Assembly: GCF_963921235.1 (NCBI RefSeq)
Contig: NC_086098.1
Coordinates: forward strand, 8,432,001-8,496,000
Direction: 5' to 3'
DNA length: 64,000 nucleotides
Source: Mobula hypostoma
Taxonomy: Eukaryota
How positions within the stretch are numbered: position 1 is the first letter of the stretch; each line of letters starts with the position of its first letter. The notes below the pieces were generated by a model. That model saw nothing but the letters and a program-made list of their open reading frames with translations. It did not search any database and was not told where the DNA came from. Shown one piece after another: positions 1 to 10,447 of the stretch. The position numbers were made by a program, and so were the translations under genes.

Positions 1-940
1 ACCCCTTCTTTCTGAGTCTGTGTCTTCTTTCTGTTCCTAGACACTCTCACTATAGGAAACATGCTCTCCAGATTCACATTCAAAATGCTTCAATGAGGTC
101 ACCCCACATTCTTTTGAATTCCAGTGAATACAGACCAAGAGCCATCAAACGCCCTTCCTTTTATAGCTTTCATAAGTCGAGGGATAGAGTTTAAGAGTCA
201 CGATGTAATGATGCAGCTCTATAAAATTCTGGTTAGGCCACACTGGGAGTACTGTGTCCAGTTCTGGTCACCTCACTATAGGAAGGATGTGGAAGCATTG
301 GAAAGGGTACAGAGGAGATTTACCAGGATGCTGCCTGGTTTAGAAAGTATACATTATGATCAGAGATTAAAGGAGCTAAGGCTTTACTCTTTGGAGAGAA
401 GGAGGATGAGAGGAGACATGATAGAGGTGTACAAGATAATAAGAGGAATAGATAGAGTGGATAGCCAGCACCTCTTCCCCAGGGCACCAGTGCTCAATAT
501 GAGAGGACATGGCTTTAAGGTAAGGGGTGGGAAGTTCAAGGGGGATATTAGAGGAAGGTTTTTTACTCAGAGAGTGGTTGGTGCGTGGAATGCACTGCCT
601 GAGTCAGTGGTGGAGGCAGATACACTAGTGAAGTTTAAGAGACTACTAGACAGGTATATGGAGGAATTTAAGGTGGGGGTTTATATGGAAGGCAGAGTTT
701 GAGGGTCAGCACAACATTGTGGGCCGAAGGGCCTGTACTGTGCTGTACTATTCTATGTTCTATGTTCTATGTTCTATGTTATGAACAATTCAATCCTGGA
801 ATCATTTTTGTGAACCTCCTTTGAACCCTCTCCATTGTCAGCACATCCTTTGTAAGATAAGGGGCCCAAAACTGCTCACAATACTCCAAGTGAGACCCCA
901 CTAGTGCTTTATAAAGTCTCAGCATTACATCCTTGCTTTT
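1..940 (-). mobile_element. Degraded CR1 LINE ORF2 3' fragment, split by the younger CR1 at 164-780
   Basis: 1-160 and 781-940 read as contiguous antisense CR1 RT C-terminal sequence on either side of the plus-strand insertion. Confidence 0.75.
164..780 (+). mobile_element. 5'-truncated CR1 LINE (young subfamily A)
   Basis: ORF 124-702 encodes AFISRGIEFKS...LVRPHWEYCVQFWSP...FFTQRVV, followed by a 3' UTR and an (ATGTTCT)n tail. Confidence 0.95.
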
Positions 941-1108
941 ATAATGTTGTATTTAAAAAACTTAGATAGGTATATGGATAATAGAAAAATGGTGAGTTAT
1001 GTAGAAGGGAAGGGTTAGTTTGATCTTAGAATAGATTATAGGTCAGCACATACCATAGGCCAAAGGGCCTGTACTGCGCTGTGATGTTCTATGTTCTATC
1101 ATGTTCTG

Positions 1109-2199
1109 TGTCATGGTTCCATTTGGCTGTTCCCCTTTAACACTCCTTTCTCCCTGATTATGCCTAGTGGGCATGCAGGTACAGCAGGCGGTGAAAAAGG
1201 CGAATGGTATGCTGGCATTTATAGCGAGAGGATTCGAGTACAGGAGCAGGGAGGTACTACTGCTGTTGTACAAGGCCTTGGTGAGACCACACCTGGAGTA
1301 TTGTGTGCAGTTTTGGTCCCCTAATCTGAGGAAAGACATCCTTGCCATAGAGGGAGTACAAAGAAGGTTCACCAGATTGATTCCTGGGATGGCAGGACTT
1401 TCATATGAAGAAAGACTGGATGAACTGGGCTTGTACTCGTTGGAATTTAGAAGATTGAGGGGGGATCTGATTGAAACGTATAAGATCCTAAAGGGATTGG
1501 GCAGGCTAGATGCAGGAAGATTGTTCCCGATGTTGGGGAAGTCCAGAACGAGGGGCCACAGTTTGAGGATAGAGGGGAAGCCTTTTAGGACCGAGATTAG
1601 GAAAAACTTCTTCACACAGAGAGTGGTGAATCTGTGGAATTCTCTGCCACAGGAAACAGTTGAGGCCAGTTCATTGGCTATATTTAAGAGGGAGTTAGAT
1701 ATGGCCCTTGTGGCTACAGGGGTCAGGGGGTATGGAGGGAAGGCTGGGGCGGGGTTCTGAGTTGGAGGATCAGCCATGATCATAATAAATGGCGGTGCAG
1801 GCTCGAAGGGCCGAATGGCCTACTCCTGCACCTATTTTCTATGTTTCTATGTTTCTAATTTCAATCATTAGATTTCCAATTGCTGCTAGTCTACCTAATT
1901 ACAGTACACCTGGTTTTCATCAGAGACTGTGAAATAAGTACGATGGCTTCTCTTTCTCAGGTTGCCAGTTTGTTGGTTTAGTCTTGTGTGATACCTCGTT
2001 CTCTTGTCCGCTTAGAGCCGTTAGTTCTAAGTTTAGTTCCAAGTTCTGCTCTAGTTTCAAGATAGTCCCTGTAGGTGCTGTCTCCTTGTCAAGATTCCCT
2101 TGGTTCGCTGTTTTACGTTCATGTCTATGCCAGCATCCCGAACTCAGTTGACGCACTGGTGTCCAGCACTTGGGTTCTCCACAGTTGCCCTGTGCAACA
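1109..2199. mobile_element. Solo LTR (Gypsy-like) interrupted by the CR1 at 1167-1856
   Basis: Termini TGTCA...CAACA. GTTCTG lies on both sides (1103-1108 and 2200-2205). GCACTTGGGTTCT occurs near the right end, as I recall for fish Gypsy LTRs. Confidence 0.7.
1167..1856 (+). mobile_element. 5'-truncated CR1 LINE (young subfamily B)
   Basis: ORF 1167-1760 is an uninterrupted CR1 ORF2 C-terminus, followed by an (ATGTTTCT)n tail. Near-identical to 9618-10317. Confidence 0.95.
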
Positions 2200-2241
2200 G
2201 TTCTGTACTGTGCTGTGATGGTCTATGTTCCATGTTCTATC

Positions 2242-2711
2242 AGAGGATGTTCCCTATAGAGGGGGAGTCTGGGACCAGAGGGCACAGATAGAGTGGATGT
2301 AGAGGGGATGTTTCCTATAGTGGGGGAGTCTGGGACCAGAGGGCACAGAGAGAGTGGATGTGGAGAGGATGTTTCCTGTAGTGGGGGAGTCTAGGACCAG
2401 AGGACACAGATAGAGTGGATGTAGAGGGGATGTTTCCTATAGTGGGGGAGTCTGGGACCAGAGGGCACAGAGAGAGTGGATGTGGAGAGGATGTTTCCTA
2501 TAGTGGGAGTCTGGGACCAGAGGGCACAGATAGAGTGGATATGGAGAGGATGTTCCCTGTAGAGGGGGAGTCTAGGACCAGAGGGCACAGAGAGAGTGGA
2601 TGTGGAGAGGATGTTTCCTATAGTGGGGGAGTCTGGGACCAGAGGACGTGGATAGAGTGGATGTGGAGAGGATGTTTCCTATAGTGGGGGAGTCTAGGAC
2701 CAGAGGGCACA
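2242..2711 (+). repeat. Minisatellite, about 60-bp unit, roughly 8 copies, derived from CR1 ORF2
   Basis: Repeating unit AGAGTGGATGTGGAGAGGATGTTTCCTATAGTGGGGGAGTCTGGGACCAGAGGGCACAG, which translates to RVDVERMFPIVGESGTRGH. Confidence 0.95.
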
Positions 2712-2999
2712 GCCTCAGAATAGAGAGAGTCCATTTCGAACAAAGATGAAGAAAAGCTTCTTCAGCAGAGGGTGATGAATCAGTGGAATTCATTGTCACA
2801 GACGGCTGTGCAGGCCATGTCACTGGGCATATTTAAGGTGGAGACTGGTAGATTCTTGAGTATTCAGTACATCAAAGGATGCAGGGAGAAGGTAGGAGAA
2901 TGGGATTTGGAGGGATAATAAATCAGCTATGATGGATTTGTAGAACAGAATTTTTAGACTAGATGCCTAATTCTGCTCCAAAGTCTTCTTATCTTATGG
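2712..2999 (+). mobile_element. CR1 LINE 3' end continuing from the minisatellite
   Basis: SLRIE...VMNQWNSLSQTAV-like remnant, then CR1 3' UTR ending TCTTATGGT. Confidence 0.85.
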
Positions 3000-3019
3000 T
3001 GTAAAAGGCAGCAACATAT

Positions 3020-3890
3020 TCATAAGACCATTAGACCATAAGATACAGCAGCAGAATTAAGCCCTTCAGCCCATCGAATCTGTTCTACCATTTTGTCATG
3101 GCTGATCCATTTCCATCTGATCCCCACTGTTCTATCTTCCCCAAGTAATCTTGTATTCTCTGACTAACCTGGCCTCCACAGCTGCCTGTGGCAACTACTT
3201 CCAGAGTTTCATCGCTCTTTGGCTAAAGAAATTCCTCCTTATCTCAGCTCTAGATGCATGTTCCTCTATTCAGAGGTGGTGTCCTCTAGACTCCCACACC
3301 ATAGGAAATATACTCTCCACATCCACTCTATCTAGGCCTTCCAATGGTTGATAGGTTTCAATGAGATCTCCCTCCTCATTCTAAATGTTGGTGAGTTCAG
3401 ACCCAGAGTCATTAATCACTGCTCATACGAATCAGGATCAGGTTTATCATCTCTGGCATGTGTCGTGAAACCCTTTCAATCCCTGAATCATTGTCATGAA
3501 CTTTCTCTAATCCCTGTCCAATGTCAGCACATCCTTTCTTAAACAAGGGGCCCAAAACTGCTCACAATACTCCAGTGAGACCTCACCAGTCTCAGCATTA
3601 CATCCTTGCTTTTATGTTCTAGTCCTCTTGAAATGAATGTTAACATTATATTTGCTTTCCTCACCATAGACTCAATCTGCAAATTAACCTTCAGAGGATC
3701 CTTCATAAGGACTCCCAAAACCCTCTGTAACTTTGATTTTTAAATTTTCTTCGTTTAGAAAATAGACCATAAACTTCCTCTCACTTCAGTTGCCAGTTCT
3801 TTTTCTATTCTCCTAATATGTCTGTCCTTCTGCAGCCTCCCCACTTCCTCAACACTACCAGTCCATCCACTATCAAAGTCAAAGCAAAAT
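3020..3890 (-). mobile_element. Degraded CR1 LINE 3' fragment
   Basis: Antisense CR1 tail (AGACCATAAGA) and RT C-terminal sequence with many indels. Confidence 0.85.
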
Positions 3891-5823
3891 TTGTTATCAA
3901 AGTACCTATATATTGTCATATACTACTTTCACATTTATTTTCTTGCAGGCATTTACAGAAAAATAAATTATTTTTATTAAATAAATTCTTTTTACTGGAT
4001 TTCTGTCACAGTAATTTGACAGGCCGACTAGGGGGAATGCCATACTAGATCTAATACTAGGTAATGAACGGGATCAGGTCACAGATCTCTCAGTGGTTGA
4101 GCATCTGGGGGACAGTGACCACCGCTCCCTGGCCTTTAACGTTATCACAGAAAAGGATAGAATCAGAGAAGATAGGAAAATTTTTAATTGGAGAAAGGCA
4201 ATTTACGAGGCTATAAGGCTAGAACATGCGGGTGTGAATTGGGATGATGTTTTTGCAGGGAAATGTACTATGGGCATATGGTCGATGTTTAGGGATCTCT
4301 TGCAGGATGTTAGGGATAAATTTGTCCCAATGAGGAAGATAAAGACTGGTAGGGTGAAGGAACCATGGGTGACAAGTGAGGTGGAAAATTTAGTCAGGTG
4401 GAAGAAGTCAGCATACATGAGGTTTAGGAAGCAAGGTTCAGATGGGTCTATTGAGGAATATAGGGAAGCAAGAAAGGAGCTTAAGAAGAGGCTGAGAAGA
4501 GCAAGAAGGGGGCATGTGAAGGCCTTGGCGAGTAGGGTAAAGGAAAACCCCAAGGCATTCTTCAATTATGTGAAGAAAAAAAGGATGACAGGAGTGAAGG
4601 TAGGACCGATTAGAGATAAAGGTGGGAAGATGTGCCTGGAGGCTGTGGAAGTGAGCGAGGTCCTCAATGAATACTTCTCTTCAGTATTCACCAATGAGAG
4701 AGAACTTGATGTCGGTGAGGACAATATGAGTGAGGTTGATGTTCTGGGGCATCTTGATATTAAGGGAGAGGAGGTGTTGGAGTTGTTAAAATACATTAGG
4801 ACCGATAAGTCCCAGGGCTGACGAAATATTCCCCAGGCTGCTCCACGAGGCGAGGGAAGAAATTGCTGAGCCTCTGGCTAGGATCTTTATGTCCTCATTG
4901 TCCATGGAAATGGTACCAGAGGATTGGAGGGAGACGAATGTTGTTCCCTTGTTCAAAAAAGGTAGTTGGGATAGTCCAGGTAATTATAGACCAGTGAGCC
5001 TTGTGTCTGTGGTGGGAAAGCTGTTGGAAAAGATTGTTAGAGATAGGATCTATGGGCATTTAGAGAATCATGGTCTGATCAGGGACAGTCAGCATGGCTT
5101 TGTGAAGGGCAGATCATGTCTAACAAGCCTGATAGAGTTCTTTGAGGAGGTGACCAGGCATATACATGAGGGTAGGGCAGTAGATGTGATCTACATGGAT
5201 TTTAGTAAGGCATTTGACAAGTTTCCACAGAAAATCAGAAGGCATGGGATCCAGGGAAGTTTGCCCGGGTGGATTCAGAATTGGCTTGCCTGCAGAAGGC
5301 AGAGGGTGGTGGTGGAGGGAGTACATTCAGATTGGAGGATTGTGACTAGTGGTGTCCCACAAGGATCTGTTCTGGGACCTCTACTTTTCGTGATTTTTAT
5401 TAACGACCTGGATGTGGGGGTAGAAGGGTGGGTTGGCAGGTTTGCAGATGACACAAAGGTTGGTGGTGTTGTAGATAGTGTAGAGGATTGTCAAAGATTG
5501 CAGAGAGACATTGATAGGATGCAGAAGTGGGCTGAGAAGTGGCAGATGGAGTTCAACCCGGAGAAGTGTGAGGTGGTACACTTTGGAAGGACAAACTCCA
5601 AGGCAGAGTACAAAGTAAATGGCAGGATACTTCGTAGTGTGGAGGAGCAGAGGGATCTCGGGGTACATGTCCACAGATCCCTGAAAGTTGCTTCACAGGT
5701 AGATAGGGTAGTTAAGAAAGCTTATGGGGTGTTAGCTTTCATAAGTCGAGGGATAGAGTTTAAGAGTCGCGATGTAATGATGCAGCTCTATAAAACTCTG
5801 GTTAGGCCACACTTGGAGTATTG

Positions 5824-6397
5824 TAAACAACAGGAATTCTGCAGATGCTGGAAATTCAAGCAACATACATCAAAGTTGCTGGTGAACGCAGCAGGCCAGG
5901 CAGCATCTATAGGAAGAGGTGCAGTCGACGTTTCAGGCCGAGACCCTTCGTCAGGACTAACTGAAGGAAGAGGGAGTAAGGGATTTGAAAGTTGGAGGGG
6001 GAGGGGGAGCCAAGAGCTGGACAGGTGATAGGCAAAAGGGGATACGAGAGGATCATGGGACAGGAGGTCCGGGAAGAAAGACAAGGAAGGGGGGGGTTGA
6101 CCCAGAGGATGGGCAAGAGGTATATTCAGAGGGACAGAGGGAGAAAAAGGAGAGTGAGAGAAAGAATGTGTGCATAAAAATGAGTAACAGATGGGGTACA
6201 AGGGGGAGGTGGGGCCTTAGCGGAAGTTAGAGAAGTCGATGTTCATGCCATCAGGTTGGAGGCTACCCAGACGGAATATAAGGTGTTGTTCCTCCAACCT
6301 GAGTGTGGCTTCATCTCCACAGTAGAGAAGGCCGTGGACAGACATGTCAGAATGGGAATGGGATGTGGAATTAAAATGTGTGGCCACTGGGAGATCC
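5824..6397 (-). mobile_element. Penelope-like element 3' fragment (GIY-YIG endonuclease C-terminus plus pseudo-LTR)
   Basis: Minus ORF 6217-6408 reads DLPVATHFNSTSHS...RLEEQHLIFRLGSLQPDGMNIDFSNFR, followed by a pyrimidine-rich UTR and a hammerhead motif. Confidence 0.9.
5923..5958 (-). ncRNA. Minimal type I hammerhead ribozyme (Penelope pseudo-LTR)
   Basis: Minus strand reads AGUC-CUGACGA-AGGGUCUCGGCCU-GAAA-C-GUC-GACU: stem I AGUC/GACU, CUGANGA and GAAA cores, stem II hairpin, GUC cleavage triplet. Confidence 0.85.
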
Positions 6398-7599
6398 TGT
6401 GGAAGCATTGGAAATGGTACAGAGGAGATTTACCAGGATGTTGCCTGGTTTAGAGAGTATGCATTATGATCAGAGATGCTAATTCTCAAAAGAATTAAGG
6501 GAGCTAGGGCTTTACTCTTTGGAGAGAAGGAGGATGAGAGGAGACATGATAGAAGTATACAAGATATTAAGAGGAATAGATAGAGAGGACAGCCATGCCT
6601 CTTCCCTAGGGCACCACTGCTCAGTACAAGAGGACATGGCTTTAAGGTAAGGGGTGGAAAGTTCAAGGGGGATATTATAGGAAGGTTTTTTACTCAGAGA
6701 GTGGTTAGTGTGTGGAACGCACTGCCTGAGTCAGTGGTGGAGGCAGATACACTAGTGAAGTAAGAGACTACTAGACAGGTATATGGAGGAATTTAAAGTG
6801 GGGGGTTATATGGGAGGCAGGGTTTAAGGTCAGCAGAACATTGTGGGCTGAAGGGCCTGTACTATGCTGTACTATTCTATGTTCTATGTTCTATAAAAAA
6901 TACAATAGAATTTATGAAAAGCTATACATAAAGAAAGACTGACAAACAACCAATGTGCAAAAAAAAAGACAAACTGCAGAAATAAAACAAAATAATACTG
7001 AGAACATGAGTTGTAAAAGGTCCTTGAGTGTGAGTCTGTAGATGGTAGAATCAGTTCAAAGTTGTGAGTGAAGTTACCCATCCCGGTTCAGAATCCTGAT
7101 AGTTGTTGGGCAATAACTTTTCAATATTTATGTACCTTATCTATGGTTGCTCATCACTGTGTCAACTTCATCTAATGAAACATATAAAAGTGGAATGAGA
7201 TCAAATTCTTGTAGCGTTTACACTGGAATCTTAAAGACTGTAAATGGTGTGGTGTCACCGAGCACCATCTCTTAGTTGTATAATGATTGTAAACATCAAG
7301 TATTTCAGGGTCAGAGATCTTCTTCCTGGGCCTTTATCTCCCAGTGGAGCACTGGCCATTGATGACCTCCCATATCCATTGGACAAAGTCGATGGTCTGG
7401 TTGGAGTTCATCAGTGTTTCTGTAATCCATTGTATCCCCTGTACAGGGGACTGGCCTGTGCATCTCCACCAGAGACCTGGTGGCCAGCCTTTCCCGCTTC
7501 CACCGCTCATGACGGGGACACAGAGTTGGACTTTAAGAGGCAAGGTCAGAGATCAGAGTGTTTTATCACGATGACTTGACCATATGCAGGTTTCATACA

Positions 7600-8730
7600 T
7601 GATTCAAAGTTCACCCAAAATTTAGTATCAGATTACATACATATCACCACATACAACCCTGAGATTCTTTTTTCTGCAGCCATACTTAGCAAATCTATAG
7701 AACAGTAACTCTAAACTGTAAAATAAATGTACAAATGCAGATATAAATAAATTGCAAAAATAACAAGCAAGAAATATCAATATAACAATATAATAGAGTC
7801 CTTAAATGAGTGTAGCTATCCTCTTTTGTTCAAGAGCCTGATGGTTGAGGGGTAGTAACTGTTCTTGAACGTGGTGGTGCAAGTTCTGAGGCTCCTGTGC
7901 CTCCTTCCTAATGGCAGCAATGAGAAAAGAGCATGGCCTGGGTGGTGAGGATCTCTGATGATGGATGCTGCTTTTCTATGGCAACAGTTCATGTAGATGT
8001 GGTCAATGGTGGGGAGGGTTTACCCGTAATGTACTGGGTCATATCTGTTAACTTTTGTAGGATTTTCTGCTCAAAGGCATTGGTGTTTCCACGCAGCCAG
8101 GCAGTACACTTTCCACCACACATCTGTAGAAGTTTGCCAAGGTTTTCGATGACATGCCGAACCTCTGCAGACTCCTGAGGAAGTAGAGGCACTGTTGTGC
8201 TTTCTTCGCGATAATATTTATATGACGGGTCCAGGACAGGATAGTGACACCCAGGAATTTAAAGTTACTGACCCTCTCTTCCTCTGATCCTCCGATGATT
8301 ACTGGTTCATGGACAATTCTTTGGTCTTATTGACATTGAGTGAGAGGTTGTTGTTATTACACCACTCAGCCAAGTTTTCAGTCTCCCTCCTGAATGCTGA
8401 TTCATCACCCCCTTTGATACAGCAACAATAGTGGTGTCATCAGCAAACATGAGTATGATTTTGGACCTGTACTAAGCCGCACAGTCATGGGTGTAAAGCA
8501 AGTAGAGCAGGGTTTAAGTACACATCCCTGCGGTGCTCCTGAGCTGATGGAGATTGTAGAGGAGATGTCTTTGCCAATCTGGACTGACTGGTGTCTACAA
8601 GTGAGGAAATCCAGGATCCATTTGCACAAAGGTGTATTGAGGCCCAGGTCTTGGAGTTTACTGATGGTTTTGAGGGGATGATGGTGTTAAATGCCGAGCT
8701 GTAATTGATAAAGAGCATCCTGATGTATGA
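7600..8730 (-). mobile_element. Degraded Rex1/Babar LINE fragment
   Basis: Minus ORFs encode [20 protein letters not shown] and CKWILDFLT...[10 protein letters not shown]. The 3' UTR runs toward 7600. Confidence 0.9.
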
Positions 8731-8881
8731 AACAAAGAGAATGTGCAAAAGAGTGATTTATCAAAAATAAAGGCCTTAGCAATTGTAAGATTTGGTGATT
8801 TGTTTTACTTACAAAGTGTGCAGAAGTCTTAGGTACATAAGACTTAGCTAGGGAGCCCAAGACTTTTGCTCAGTATGTAGT

Positions 8882-10317
8882 AAGTGAGAAACTGGGGAAT
8901 TATAGACCGGTTAGCCTAACGTCGGTGGTGGGGAAACCGCTGGAGTCAGTTATCAAGGATGTGATAACAGCACATTTGGAAAGCGGAGAAATGATCGGAC
9001 AAAGTCAGCATGGATTTGTGAAAGGAAAATCATGTCTGACGAATCTCATAGAATTTTTTGAGGATGTAACTAGTAGAGTGGATAGGGGAGAACCAGTGGA
9101 TGTGGTATATTTGGATTTTCAAAAGGCTTTTGACAAGGTCCCACATAGGAGATTAGTGTGCAAACTTAAAGCACACGGTATTGGGGGTAAGGTATTGGTG
9201 TGGGTGGAGAATTGGTTAGCAGACAGGAAGCAAAGAGTGGGAATAAACGGGACCTTTTCAGAATGGCAGGCGGTGACTAGTGGGGTACTGCAAGGCTCAG
9301 TGCTGGGACCCCAGTTGTTTACAATATATATTAATGACTTGGATGAGGGAATTAAATGCAGCATCTCCAAGTTTGCGGATGACACGAAGGTTGGCGGCAG
9401 TGTTAGCAGTGAGGAGGATGCTAAGAGGATGCAGGGTGACTTGGATAGGTTGGGTGAGTGGGCAAACTCATGGCAGATGCAATTTAATGTGGATAAATGT
9501 GAAGTTATCCACTTTGGTGGCAAAAATAGGAAAACAGATTATTATCTGAATGGTGGCCGATTAGGAAAAGGAGAGGTGCAACGAGACCTGGGTGTCATTA
9601 TACACCAGTCATTGAAAGTGGGCATGCAGGTACAGCAGGCGGTGAAAAAGGCGAATGGTATGCTGGCATTTATAGTGAGAGGATTCGAGTACAGGAGCAG
9701 GGAGGTACTACTGCAGTTGTACAAGGCCTTGGTGAGACCACACCTGGAGTATTGTGTGCAGTTTTGGTCCCATAATCTGAGGAAAGACATCTTTGCCATA
9801 AAGGGAGTACAAAGAAGGTTCACTAGATTGATTCCTGGGATGGCAGGACTTTCATATGAAGAAAGACTGGATGAACTGGGCTTGTACTTGTTGGAATTTA
9901 GAAGATTGAGGGGGGATCTGATTGAAACGTATAAGATCCTAAAGGGATTGGACAGGCTAGATGCAGGAAGATTGTTCCCGATGTTGGGGAAGTCCAGAAC
10001 GAGGGGTCACAGTTTGAGGATAGAGGGGAAGCCTTTTAGGACCGAGATTAGGAAAAACTTCTTCACACAGAGAGTGGTGAATCTGTGGAATTCTCTGCCA
10101 CAGCAAACTGTTGAGGCCAGTTCATTGGCTATGTTTAAGAGGGAGTTAGATATGGCCCTTGTGGCTACAGGGGTCAGGGGGTATGGAGAGAAGGCTGGGG
10201 CGGGGTTCTGAGTTGGATGATCAGCCATGATCATAACAAATGGCGGTGCGGGCTCGAAGGGCCGAATGGCCTACTCCTGCACCTATTTTCTATGTTTCTA
10301 TGTTTCTATGTTTCTAT
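8882..10317 (+). mobile_element. 5'-truncated CR1 LINE (young subfamily B) with an open RT frame
   Basis: 428-aa ORF 8925-10211 with DFQKAFDKV, QGSVLGP and FADD. (ATGTTTCT)n tail. Confidence 0.97.
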
Positions 10318-10447
10318 ACTGCTGCCACTAAAGAAGCACATTACATGACAATTGTGAGTAATGATGAACCTGATTCTGATATGGGTCTCTATTGTGGACT
10401 GAGAGTGGGAAGGGGTCAGGGAGAAGGGAATCATGGTTGGGAAAGGA

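Larger units (their letters stand above)
3995..6895 (+). mobile_element. CR1 LINE ORF2 pseudogene (end of endonuclease, RT, 3' tail; subfamily A), interrupted by a Penelope element
   Basis: ORFs 4093-4821 (HLGDSDH) and 4889-5823 ([28 protein letters not shown]), with frameshifts. Resumes at about 6398 and ends in an (ATGTTCT)n tail. Confidence 0.97.

Noticed and set aside
1043..1783. Recurrent antisense ORFs over CR1 and Rex elements (also 10007-10234, 40403-40801, 43276-43578 and others)
   Set aside because: They are antisense shadows of TE coding sequence and recur only because the elements recur.
2242..2711. Regular 60-bp periodicity resembling a CRISPR array
   Set aside because: There are no unique spacers, the unit is CR1 ORF2 sequence, and the context is eukaryotic.
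4889..6028. 379-aa ORF as an RT fusion with a novel C-terminus
   Set aside because: The C-terminus is read-through into the antisense strand of the inserted Penelope pseudo-LTR.
8925..10211. 428-aa open RT ORF as a functional or domesticated gene
   Set aside because: It is a 5'-truncated young CR1 with no endonuclease and near-identical siblings in the window. The open frame reflects young age.
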